Position numbers and translations under genes: made by a program
Shown here: piece by piece, positions 1 to 8,936 of the stretch
How positions within the stretch are numbered: position 1 is the first letter of the stretch
Layout: every line of letters begins with the position of its first letter
DNA from: an uncultured Chlamydiae bacterium
Lineage (GTDB): Bacteria; Chlamydiota; Chlamydiia; Chlamydiales; 2-12-FULL-49-11
Direction of reading: 5' to 3'
DNA length: 64,000 bases
Assembly: GCA_937996705.1 (NCBI GenBank)
Contig: CALKUQ010000020.1
Span: forward strand, 52,476 to 116,475
Notes under the pieces: generated by a model
Databases searched by the model: none
The model's input: only the letters and a program-made list of their open reading frames with translations
Told to the model about the DNA's origin: nothing

Positions 1-455
1 AAAAGAGACCAGAACCTTTTACCTCAAGTCTATTTGCTTTTGAACTCAATCAACTCTTTTGCCATGAATCTTTTGGACAAAAAAAGGCGATCACAATTCT
101 TCACTTAAGCCCCTTAATGAATCAATTCTCCTTTATTTCATCAGGATTTGAATCAATTTGGCACATCTCAAGTTTGGGGGGAAAAGGGCGAATCTTGCGC
201 AACAAATCTCCATTTCTTGGCCTAGAACCTAACATCCCTTTTTTCTCAACCCAAGACACTTGGAATCCCGGAGACATGCTTATCATGCATCCGTTTCCAA
301 ACCTTGACGACCTCACTCTTGAAACCCTCAATGCAAATAAATTCTTATCTCCGGAAAAGTTATCTCCCCTCCTTCTTGAAACCCTTCAAGAAAAATCTCA
401 AAATTCTGACAACTCGGCAGAAAAAATCGTACTCTCCCTTTTACGCGTCTTCTAA
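1..455 (+). CDS. C-terminal fragment of a PP2C/SpoIIE-type (RsbU-like) phosphatase, truncated by the left window edge
   Basis: The frame is open from nt 3 to the stop at 455. The tail ...SSGFESIWHISSLGGKGRILRNKSPFLGLEPNIPFFSTQDTWNPGDMLIMH... resembles the SpoIIE/PP2C C-terminal pattern (..GH.., pLG.., l.pGD.l.l.TDG). Confidence 0.4.
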   Translation, partial: KRPEPFTSSLFAFELNQLFCHESFGQKKAITILHLSPLMNQFSFISSGFESIWHISSLGGKGRILRNKSPFLGLEPNIPFFSTQDTWNPGDMLIMHPFPNLDDLTLETLNANKFLSPEKLSPLLLETLQEKSQNSDNSAEKIVLSLLRVF

Positions 456-535
456 AAAAAGATAGACTTCTTGCAATTATTCAATTTTTCTTTTAGGATC
501 TGAAGAAGTCTTTTGGCTATTAAATATATTAATAT

Positions 536-3500
536 ATGAATTTAAAAGTTTTTTCTCTTCTCTGCCCTGTTATCGCACTCAGCCTCACGGCTCTTCCTGC
601 ATTTATTGAATCTGCGTCCAAAAAAACTGAACTGGAACTTGAGTCAGAGGGATACACAATTAATTTTGATAACGTGCCTATCCAAGAATTTTTGAAATTT
701 ATCAGCAAAATTGCTGGCGTCAATGTGATCTATGACGAAGCAGATCTGAATTTTAATGTGACGATTGTCTCAGAAGATCAAACAGACTTAAACAACATCT
801 TATCTGCTCTTGTTCAAATTTTGCGAATACACGGGCTAACTCTAATTGAAGAAGAGCAAAATCTTTTAATTCATAAAAACGATGATGTACGGCAAATACC
901 GACTGTAGTCTCTGAAGATTATCCTCTGAAAGGGAAACTAAAACCGGCTTTAATGACAAAAGTATTCAAAATAGAAAAGGGGAACCCAGCCCACATAGCT
1001 TCTCTTCTGATTCCCATGCTCTCTAAAGAGGCGCTTGTTGAAGTCTCTGCAGAAACCAGACAACTAATCATTACCGACGTCTCTTCTAGCATCAACACAA
1101 TTGAACATCTATTAATTAGCTTAGACGCTCCTCAAACCCCTTACGACGTGGATGCTTACAAAGCAAAATTTTTACCTGTCTCTGATTTAGCCCTCCTTGC
1201 AAAACAAATTCTTACTCCGATTGCCGATTCCAAAACATTAGAAATCATCCCCCAATCTGGAACTCAAACGATTTTCATTATTTCAACACCCTTTCTCATT
1301 GATAAGACAATGAGTGTCTTACAAGACCTTGACAAACCAGGAGCTATGCCAATAGCGCAAGCCCACCATAATTCCTTTTTCGTTTATAAAGTTAAAGAGG
1401 CACCCCAAGAACAACTTCGTGCTTCGTTAAGCAGCTTATCTCAATTTTTAAAAGCGAGCAAAAGTGCGAATGAGCCTCTAATACAAGCTCTAGATTCGGC
1501 TCAGTGGGTTGAGTCGACAAACTCCCTTCTTTTTTCGGGGAGCCCAGCCGCTCTAAAAGAATTATCCGATATTTTAGTATCGTTTGATACTCCAGGTGAA
1601 GAACATAAGCCAACCTCCCACCAAAGCATTCATCGGACTGAATTTCTTATTTATAACGCAAAGCAAACTTCTGCTACCTATTTAAAAGCCTTAATTTTAG
1701 AGACAGCAAAAAACCTCAAAGCGGGAGGACTTTCAGACCCCTCTTTTTTAAAAACCTTAGAGAGTGTAAAAGAGCTCCCTTCTTCCAATCAATTAATTTT
1801 CACAGGGACCAAATCCTCTTTAGATAAGATTCCTGGAGTTCTTGAGAATCTTGATCAGAAAATTGAATCCAATTTACAAACTGGTACTCCTCAAGACAAA
1901 AATGTCACTTTTATCCCCATTCTTAATCGTCCTGCTAAAGAAATTGTCTCGATTTTACACGAAACCGCGCTCTCTCTCTCTAAGAGCAACGATCAAGATC
2001 CCAGCTTAACTGCTACTCTTAAAAGCGCCTCCTACACAGAAAATGGGAATACGGTTATTTTATCAGGGAGCCCCTTAAGTGTAGAAAAAGCAAGAGAACT
2101 CATAATCGCAAATGATACTGCGCAAAAACACATATCTTCGCACCAATCCACCCTGTTTGTTCCAGTACTAAACAGACCCGCAAGAGAAATTGTCTCGATT
2201 TTACACGAAACCGCTAGCCTACTATCGAAAACAGCCACAACAGATCCCGATTTACTACAAACCTTAAAAAGTTCCAATGCTACCCCTAGCGGAAACATTC
2301 TGATTTTATCGGGATCGCCTCAAAGTTTAGAAAAAGCAAAAGAACTGATTGGCGCCAATGACATTGTCCAAAAAACCCTTCTAACTCCTGAAGTTTTTGT
2401 CTATAAACTCCAATATCTATCCCCAGCAGACCTTAAAGCAACCCTTTTTGGCATAGCAGAATATGCAGACCCGACGGGCCAATCTCCAGATTTTGAATCG
2501 CTCCAAAAGGCGGTTCATTCTATGCGTATAATCCCCGATTCTAATGCAGTACAATTCATAGGGACGCCGCAGACCATCTCAAAGCTTAAAGATTTTTTAT
2601 CCATTCTTGACTCTTCTGAAAATGTGAAATCTCAGGTGACCCATCAGCTCGGGACAAATTTTCTCGTTTACAAAGTAAAACATTTTGCACCAAAAGAGTT
2701 ATTGGTTCATCTTAAGCAAATTGTTAGGGAAGCCCCCAATCAAGACAGTTTAATGAAAAGCGTAGCGGGAGGCCAAATCTCTCCAAGCTCAAATTCGATT
2801 GTATTTACAGGGAGCAAAGCAGATCTAGACAAAATACAAAAGTTACTCGATGGACTTGATTTCGGACCTGAAAAGCAAGCAATAGCAGCTCCAATAAGAC
2901 AAGCAGAAGGGTATAAGACCTATAAGCCCGTATTTGTCCCTGGGTCTGAACTTATCAACATGGTTAAAAACTTTGAACAACATCTGGTTGCATCAGGGGT
3001 TACTAATGAAAATTTAGCAGAAGTGATTGATCATCTCTCTTACCTTCATAGAACAAACACCTTGATTTTAACAGGCAAGCCCGGGGATATCGACCAAGTA
3101 GTAGAGCTCTTAAAAGAGTTTGACACTCAAGAGACAGCTTCTGGAAGAGGGGTTAAGGTAGTCCAACCAGGTGGTGTTGAGACAATTGATGATACAGGAT
3201 TTCTCATCTATAAATTGCAACACCAATCGGGCTCAAGTATTGTCCAAGCACTCACAGTAATTAGTGGCGACTTGATCTCACAAACAGCGCAGAAAAAAAA
3301 CACCAGCTTAGCTGAAGCTGTCAAGTCAACCCAATGGGTTGAGGCAACTAATTCTCTAATTGCAACAGGTCAGCCAAAAGTTTTAGCAAAGCTCCGCGAG
3401 CTTATCGAGAGTATTGACCAACCGCTTAAGCAAGTATTCATCGAAATTTTAGTTGTTGAATCAAATAATAGCGACGACCTTGAATTTGGACTCTCCTGGG

Positions 3501-4444
3501 GAACCCAAGGAACTGTTCATAACAGATTCGGATGGGGAGCCGGTAATTACAGCTCAAATGATTTAAACCCAGCTTCTGGGACTGTCACTGGATTTCCTGC
3601 AGCACTACCTGCCATCACCTCTATCGGAACAACTGTAGACGGAACTACTTCAGGTGCTGTACTTCCGAATGGACAAGACATTCCCCCGGTTCTCGGTGGT
3701 TTTTTAGGAGTTATTGGGGATGTGATCTGGCACAAAGGAAAATCGTATGCAAGCTTAGGCTCTTTAGTCAAAGCATTCAGAACAACCGGGACAATCACTG
3801 AAATCCTTGCCCAAAAAATTGTAGCGCAAGACAACCAAAATGCCAAAATTTTTTCAGGCTCTAACATCCCTTTCACCGGATCCCTTGTCACAACCTCCGG
3901 ATTGAGCCAAACGACTAATGCCAACCTTGAATACCGAAACGTGGGAGTCACTCTCAGCATCACTCCCATTATCGGGGATAATGACATCATTACACTCGAC
4001 ATTGATTACGAGCTTTCTGCAACACAAAACCAAGGCGGTGGCTCTAGCGGCTCAACAACAGTCCAACAAGCTAACAGCGTCAACGGGATTACCACCTCTA
4101 AGACAAGCATGACCACGAAAGTCCACCTTCCAGACAGACACTTCCTGGTCCTTTCTGGAACCATGCAAAATAGTACAACACGGCTTAATAACGGGATACC
4201 CTGCCTAGGGGGGCTCCCTCTTGTAGGGGCGGCGTTCTCCCTAAATAACAAAATCAGCACCACAAATAATGTCCTCATCTTTGTCAAACCTCACATCATT
4301 AAAACCCACGAAGAGTACAGCAAAATCACCAACCGTCAAGAAGAGCTCTTTAGTAATAAAAACCAAGCGAATGTCGAAGACTTCCAAAGAGGGCTTGAAC
4401 TGGTCCGCTCCCCCGACGATCTTGACAACGACTATGAAGATTAA
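536..4444 (+). CDS. gspD: Type II secretion-type secretin (GspD family), unusually long at 1302 aa
   Basis: Signal peptide MNLKVFSLLCPVIALSLTALPAFIESA. N0-like domain YTINFDNVPIQEFLKFISKIAGVNVIYDE. About 10 N1-like modules precede a C-terminal secretin domain (VFIEILVVE...GIPCLGGLPLVGAAFS...VLIFVKPHII). Confidence 0.85.
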   Translation: MNLKVFSLLCPVIALSLTALPAFIESASKKTELELESEGYTINFDNVPIQEFLKFISKIAGVNVIYDEADLNFNVTIVSEDQTDLNNILSALVQILRIHGLTLIEEEQNLLIHKNDDVRQIPTVVSEDYPLKGKLKPALMTKVFKIEKGNPAHIASLLIPMLSKEALVEVSAETRQLIITDVSSSINTIEHLLISLDAPQTPYDVDAYKAKFLPVSDLALLAKQILTPIADSKTLEIIPQSGTQTIFIISTPFLIDKTMSVLQDLDKPGAMPIAQAHHNSFFVYKVKEAPQEQLRASLSSLSQFLKASKSANEPLIQALDSAQWVESTNSLLFSGSPAALKELSDILVSFDTPGEEHKPTSHQSIHRTEFLIYNAKQTSATYLKALILETAKNLKAGGLSDPSFLKTLESVKELPSSNQLIFTGTKSSLDKIPGVLENLDQKIESNLQTGTPQDKNVTFIPILNRPAKEIVSILHETALSLSKSNDQDPSLTATLKSASYTENGNTVILSGSPLSVEKARELIIANDTAQKHISSHQSTLFVPVLNRPAREIVSILHETASLLSKTATTDPDLLQTLKSSNATPSGNILILSGSPQSLEKAKELIGANDIVQKTLLTPEVFVYKLQYLSPADLKATLFGIAEYADPTGQSPDFESLQKAVHSMRIIPDSNAVQFIGTPQTISKLKDFLSILDSSENVKSQVTHQLGTNFLVYKVKHFAPKELLVHLKQIVREAPNQDSLMKSVAGGQISPSSNSIVFTGSKADLDKIQKLLDGLDFGPEKQAIAAPIRQAEGYKTYKPVFVPGSELINMVKNFEQHLVASGVTNENLAEVIDHLSYLHRTNTLILTGKPGDIDQVVELLKEFDTQETASGRGVKVVQPGGVETIDDTGFLIYKLQHQSGSSIVQALTVISGDLISQTAQKKNTSLAEAVKSTQWVEATNSLIATGQPKVLAKLRELIESIDQPLKQVFIEILVVESNNSDDLEFGLSWGTQGTVHNRFGWGAGNYSSNDLNPASGTVTGFPAALPAITSIGTTVDGTTSGAVLPNGQDIPPVLGGFLGVIGDVIWHKGKSYASLGSLVKAFRTTGTITEILAQKIVAQDNQNAKIFSGSNIPFTGSLVTTSGLSQTTNANLEYRNVGVTLSITPIIGDNDIITLDIDYELSATQNQGGGSSGSTTVQQANSVNGITTSKTSMTTKVHLPDRHFLVLSGTMQNSTTRLNNGIPCLGGLPLVGAAFSLNNKISTTNNVLIFVKPHIIKTHEEYSKITNRQEELFSNKNQANVEDFQRGLELVRSPDDLDNDYED
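1901..2392 (+). repeat. In-frame tandem duplication inside gspD (units about 1901-2149 and 2150-2392)
   Basis: The two units encode F(I/V)P(I/V)LNRPA(K/R)EIVSILHETA...ILSGSP.S.EKA.ELI.AND. They share an identical 29-nt stretch gaaattgtctcgattttacacgaaaccgc at about 1940 and 2186. Confidence 0.8.
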
Positions 4445-4473
4445 TCTTTTTTTGACTTTCGTAATTTCATCAA

Positions 4474-5595
4474 ATGATCTATAATCTGACCCCTATGAAG
4501 CTCAATCGATTTCTCCTTGCTTGCTCCCTCTTTTGTTTTACTGGCGGTTGCGTTCCTAGACAGGACGCGAAGCTTGCAATGAAACCAAAAATCGATTTTG
4601 CTGTACAAGACAAGTACTTAAAACACTTATCTCCAGTTTTTAATCCGTTAACTGAGAACGAGTCATACTCTCCCTGGGGAATCGAGTATCAAATAGGGCT
4701 CGCCTTTGCAAAAAAATTAGATCTCTACCAAGCAATCACTTCATTTAAGCGCGCTGATATCCTAATTCCTGAATCTAATCTGGAGAGAAAGGCAGAGATT
4801 CAATATCAAATCATTAATTGTTACTACCTCGGAAAAAAATACTTTGATGTCATTGACACTTTTGAAAACTCGGTATTGGCTGCTACAGACCGAAATTTTA
4901 TCGGGTTTCACGACCTCTTAATTATCTTAGTCGACTCCTATCTAAACTCAGAAAATCCAGAACGGGCCACTTGGGTCCTTCGAACTATGAAGAAGTTTTA
5001 TCCCACGGATGCAAAAAAACTTGAGTTAACTACCGCTATTTTACATGCCGATCTCTATGAAATGAAGCACCTTTCCAATAATGAGGGGACTCTTAGAGAG
5101 ATTGCCTCTCTTCAAAAAGAGCTCCCTTTAAAAGATTCTCTGGTCTCGATAGTCAAAGATTCAAAAATTTTCACCACACAACTAGATAACGAGAGAGAAA
5201 TTCTAAAATTAGAAAATCTTGCCGATTCCCAAAAAGCAACCGGGGATATTCTAAAGGCCTTTAATGCACACAAGAAAAACCCCTCCCTAGCAGGATTTTT
5301 AAACGCAACCCTCCCAGGCCTTGGTTACCTCTATATCGGCCAAAAGCAATCTGCATTTACAGCATTTTGTTTAAATGCCCTCTTTATTTCAACCACTGGC
5401 TACTTTGTCTACAAAAAAAATGTCCCTGCGGCAATCATTACCCTAAGTTTTGAAACTGGATGGTACCTTGGCGGGATCCTTGGAGCAAAAGAGGGGGCTG
5501 TTCTCTATAATGAGCGCCTCTTTGAAACGCACGCCCACTATCAAATGCGTGACCATAAAATGTTCCCCATTTTGATGTTACAACATGGCTTTTAA
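4474..5595 (+). CDS. Hypothetical TPR-like lipoprotein or membrane protein with two C-terminal TM helices
   Basis: From the internal Met at 4495 the protein reads MKLNRFLLACSLFCFTGGC (lipobox-like). A helical-repeat middle is followed by the C-terminal hydrophobic pair LAGFLNATLPGLGYLYIGQKQSAFTAFCLNALFISTTGYFVY / AAIITLSFETGWYLGGILGA. The true start (4474 or 4495) is uncertain. Confidence 0.5.
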   Translation: MIYNLTPMKLNRFLLACSLFCFTGGCVPRQDAKLAMKPKIDFAVQDKYLKHLSPVFNPLTENESYSPWGIEYQIGLAFAKKLDLYQAITSFKRADILIPESNLERKAEIQYQIINCYYLGKKYFDVIDTFENSVLAATDRNFIGFHDLLIILVDSYLNSENPERATWVLRTMKKFYPTDAKKLELTTAILHADLYEMKHLSNNEGTLREIASLQKELPLKDSLVSIVKDSKIFTTQLDNEREILKLENLADSQKATGDILKAFNAHKKNPSLAGFLNATLPGLGYLYIGQKQSAFTAFCLNALFISTTGYFVYKKNVPAAIITLSFETGWYLGGILGAKEGAVLYNERLFETHAHYQMRDHKMFPILMLQHGF

Positions 5596-5971
5596 ATCTA
5601 TTTTTGCATCTCTTTTAATCTGCTTTTCTCTGCACAGCAATGCAGCAGGCTATTTTGTCCCGTGGGGAAAGGATAGCGATCTCATTATTTATAAAGAAGA
5701 CCCCCCTCTTGAAAAACGGACAGACCTTTTAAGTTTGGCTGCAGAAAAAGTGATCCTCTTTCACCAAAATGTCATTAGCCCCGTTGATGGCCCAAGAAGC
5801 CACTTTCGCCCTACAAGCGCCCGTTATATGCTTTTAGCTATCAGGCGGTACGGTTTTTTTCTCGGCTATCTGAAAGGGTGTGATCGCCTCCTTCGAGAAA
5901 ACAAAGATCCTTGGCTCTACAGGACGCGAACCATCGATAACGTCATCTACAAATGGGATCCCACTTTCTAA
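5585..5971 (+). CDS. Exported YidD-like (haemolytic-domain/DUF37-like) protein lacking the family cysteines
   Basis: The ATG overlaps the upstream stop by 11 nt. Signal peptide MAFKSIFASLLICFSLHSNAAG. The core ILFHQNVISPVDGPRSHFRPTSARYMLLAIRRYGFFLGYLKGCDRLLREN aligns with the YidD motif ..YQ..ISP..GP.CRF.PTCS.Y...A....G...G......R..RC. Confidence 0.55.
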   Translation: MAFKSIFASLLICFSLHSNAAGYFVPWGKDSDLIIYKEDPPLEKRTDLLSLAAEKVILFHQNVISPVDGPRSHFRPTSARYMLLAIRRYGFFLGYLKGCDRLLRENKDPWLYRTRTIDNVIYKWDPTF

Positions 5972-5990
5972 AAAATAGTTAGTCAACTAC

Positions 5991-7349
5991 TTATACTGTG
6001 TGATAATGCTGCTCACTAGGCTCAGCTTTCTCATGAAATTTGTACTTAGTTCTAGCTCTTGACTTAAGCTTGAAACGGATAGGACAGCCCATAAGGTTGT
6101 AAACTTTACGAAACTGGTTCATCAGATAACGACGGTAACTTTCCATCATAAGCTCATGATCATTGACAAACAGTACAAAATGGGGAGGATTAACACTTAC
6201 TTGCGTAAGATAGTAAATTCGCAAACGTTTTCCGCTAATTGATGATGGGTGGTTATGCTGAACAGCTCTTTCCAGAAAGGTGTTGAGTTCCCCGGTTGTA
6301 ATTCGTCTTTGAAGGTTTTCATACACTTGAAAAATTTCTTTGAAAAGATCGGCTACGTTTCTACCAGTTTTGGCAGACCCTATAATCATAGGAACATGCT
6401 CAAGAACTGGGTGGCTATTTCTTAAGTCAAGAATGGCATGCTCCATCCTGTGCCCTTCAATCAGATCCCATTTATTAATAAAGAGAATACAGCCTCTCCC
6501 CTTATCTTCAATAAGTTGTAAAATAGTTTTTTCAAAAGCGGTAATTCCATCTTGGACATCAACGACAAGAACACAAATATCACTTCTTTCAATCGCCTCT
6601 TCCGTCCTGATCCTAGCAAACTTTTCGACCACTTCTTTTTCTTGCTGTTTTCTTTTAAGTCCCGCAGTATCAATAAATAACACACCGCCAATCTCTTCAT
6701 CAATGGTATCTCGCGTGGTTCCTGGAATGTCACTTACAACACACCTTTCTTCACCAACGATTGAATTCATGAGGGTTGATTTACCCACATTAGGCCTTCC
6801 CACTATGGCAACTTTAGGAATATTTCCCTCTTCTTTAACAAAAGGCTCAAAATAAGTTTCCATAGCAATTTCAAGTAAATCTGCGATCCCATTTCCATGG
6901 GCTGCAGAAACTGCAATCATGTCGGAAATTCCTAGCGAATAAAATTTTGAAAGGACTAAATCACTTTTGGTCCCCTCGTCAACTTTATTAATTGCCAAAA
7001 CAATTGGCTTGGATTTTTTAAATAAAATTCTTGCTATCTCTTCATCCTGCATGGTGATTCCGATTACACCATCAACCACAAAAATCACAGCATCCGCTCT
7101 ATCAAGAGCAGCTAAAGTCTGTACACGAATTTCTTTACTAAAAGCTATATTCCCTTGAGAATCAATGCCCCCTGTGTCAACAAGTCTCACTTTTTTTCCA
7201 AAGACATCGACTTCTGCATAGAGGGCATCACGGGTAACCCCCTCTATATCTTCCACAATCGATCTACGCTCTTTAGCGATACGATTAAACAGAGCCGACT
7301 TACCCACATTAGGACGTCCGATGATAGCAATAGTAAATATCTTATTCAT
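5991..7349 (-). CDS. der: Ribosome-associated GTPase Der/EngA
   Basis: Two tandem GTPase domains (GRPNVGKS twice, DTGG/DTAG, NKVD/NKWD) plus a KH-like C-terminus. I moved the start to ATG 7349 (MNKIFTIAIIGRPNVGKS) from the track's 7370. Confidence 0.9.
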   Translation of the reverse strand: MNKIFTIAIIGRPNVGKSALFNRIAKERRSIVEDIEGVTRDALYAEVDVFGKKVRLVDTGGIDSQGNIAFSKEIRVQTLAALDRADAVIFVVDGVIGITMQDEEIARILFKKSKPIVLAINKVDEGTKSDLVLSKFYSLGISDMIAVSAAHGNGIADLLEIAMETYFEPFVKEEGNIPKVAIVGRPNVGKSTLMNSIVGEERCVVSDIPGTTRDTIDEEIGGVLFIDTAGLKRKQQEKEVVEKFARIRTEEAIERSDICVLVVDVQDGITAFEKTILQLIEDKGRGCILFINKWDLIEGHRMEHAILDLRNSHPVLEHVPMIIGSAKTGRNVADLFKEIFQVYENLQRRITTGELNTFLERAVQHNHPSSISGKRLRIYYLTQVSVNPPHFVLFVNDHELMMESYRRYLMNQFRKVYNLMGCPIRFKLKSRARTKYKFHEKAEPSEQHYHTV

Positions 7350-7478
7350 AAGCCAAAGATTATATCGCATCGCTCAATCATATACCACACATTTTTCATC
7401 GATTTTTCAAAGGGTCCACAAAGGCAAGAAATGCATAATTATTTGACTAATTAATTACATGCAACTATTAGGTGAATT

Positions 7479-8936
7479 ATGAAAAGGATTTTGATTCTTC
7501 TTCTATTATTTTGCTTTGGTTGCATTTCTATGCCTAAAAAGGAACAGACTCAATCTCTAATTTACCCCCCTTCAGGGAACAGCTTAGTAGACAAAAGTTT
7601 AAAAAATGATTTTTTCGCACGTGGAGATTGGCCTGAAGAGCGATGGTGGGAAATGTTTTACTGCTCTGAATTGAATCAGTACATCGATGAAGCACTAAAA
7701 CAAAACCCCTCCATTCAGGCTGTTGAGCAAAAAATAAACTTTGCAAAGCAATCTGCTGTGATCGCAAGATCTAGCCTCTTCCCCTTTATATATTTCAATG
7801 CTAGCGACAGCTCTGCCTATTTAAGTAAAAATGGACTCTATGAAACACTCAATCCTACGATTCCTCGGTATGGGAATCTGATAGATTTAAGCCTCTCCTT
7901 TTCGTATGAATTTGACTTTTGGTCAAAATATCGAAATCTCTTTCAAGCCTCTTTAGGTAGAGAAAAGGCTCAAACAGCAGAGGCCTCTCAAGTAACACTT
8001 ATCGTCACAACCGCCTTAGCACAAGTCTATTTCGCATTAAAAATTAATTTATTAAAGGAAGAGATTTATCAAGAACTTGTCTTGATTCGCTCCACACTAT
8101 TTAATCTTTCCAATCAAATGCAAGAAAAGGCCCTGTTTTCAAAACTCCCTGTCTGGCTCTCGATCGAAGCTCTTGATGAGACAAAAAAAGAACTCATCGC
8201 CATTCAAGAGGAGATTGAATTTAATAAGCACCTGCTAAATGCGTTGCGTGGTACAGGTCCCGATGACCCTCTTGAGCTTTCCCTACCGCTCGCCTCACTT
8301 CCAGAAACAATTGAAATACCAGATCATCTCTTTCTCGACCTCTTGTCAAGAAGGCCTGATTTAATGGCTGCTATCTGGAGAGTCGAATCGATTGCTCATG
8401 AAGTAGGTGCTGCGATTGCCGATTTTTTCCCTAATATCGATTTAACTGGCTTGATAGGGGCTGAGACCTTTAACATCTCAAATTTATTCAATGGAAAAAG
8501 CTTTACAACGGGCCTTCTCCCCGCTCTTCACCTTCCGATTTTCACAGCAGGCGCTATCAGAGCCAACGTCCGTGCAAAAAAAGCCCTCTTTGAAGAGGCA
8601 GTCTTTGACTACAACAACCTGATCCTTAAAAGCGCAGAAGAGGTCGCTAATTATCTAGTACTGGTAACTTCTGTTTTTAAAAGAGAGAGCCTTCAACGCA
8701 ATATCGTAGAGCAAGCGAAAAAAAGGTATGAACTTACTAAATTACTTGAATACCACTGCTTAGATTCTACATTCGAGATGCTTGCCAGAAAAGAGGAATT
8801 TCTCGAAAAGCAATTAACCGAACTCTCTCTCCGTTACAACCAATATGCTTCGGTCATCAAGTTAACCAAATCGTTTGGAGGGGGCTATAAATCCCCATAC
8901 TTGGTCCCTCTTAAAGCAGAAGGGGGAGCTCCTTGA
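7479..8936 (+). CDS. Outer-membrane efflux lipoprotein (TolC/NodT family)
   Basis: Lipobox LLLFCFGC. N-terminal PEERWWEMF..ELNQYIDEALKQNPSIQA pattern typical of NodT/OprM-type factors. First gene of a three-gene efflux operon. Confidence 0.8.
   Translation: MKRILILLLLFCFGCISMPKKEQTQSLIYPPSGNSLVDKSLKNDFFARGDWPEERWWEMFYCSELNQYIDEALKQNPSIQAVEQKINFAKQSAVIARSSLFPFIYFNASDSSAYLSKNGLYETLNPTIPRYGNLIDLSLSFSYEFDFWSKYRNLFQASLGREKAQTAEASQVTLIVTTALAQVYFALKINLLKEEIYQELVLIRSTLFNLSNQMQEKALFSKLPVWLSIEALDETKKELIAIQEEIEFNKHLLNALRGTGPDDPLELSLPLASLPETIEIPDHLFLDLLSRRPDLMAAIWRVESIAHEVGAAIADFFPNIDLTGLIGAETFNISNLFNGKSFTTGLLPALHLPIFTAGAIRANVRAKKALFEEAVFDYNNLILKSAEEVANYLVLVTSVFKRESLQRNIVEQAKKRYELTKLLEYHCLDSTFEMLARKEEFLEKQLTELSLRYNQYASVIKLTKSFGGGYKSPYLVPLKAEGGAP

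Noticed and set aside
3547-4002. 151-aa minus-strand ORF and other ORFs of 60-90 aa inside gspD (for example 2032..2298 and 4006..4287)
   Set aside because: They are antisense shadows of a long, motif-supported gene. No start context or recognisable domains.
6340-6855. 171-aa plus-strand ORF inside der
   Set aside because: It is antisense to the GTPase gene, whose G1-G4 motifs are intact. The translation is Ser/Leu/Thr-rich shadow sequence.
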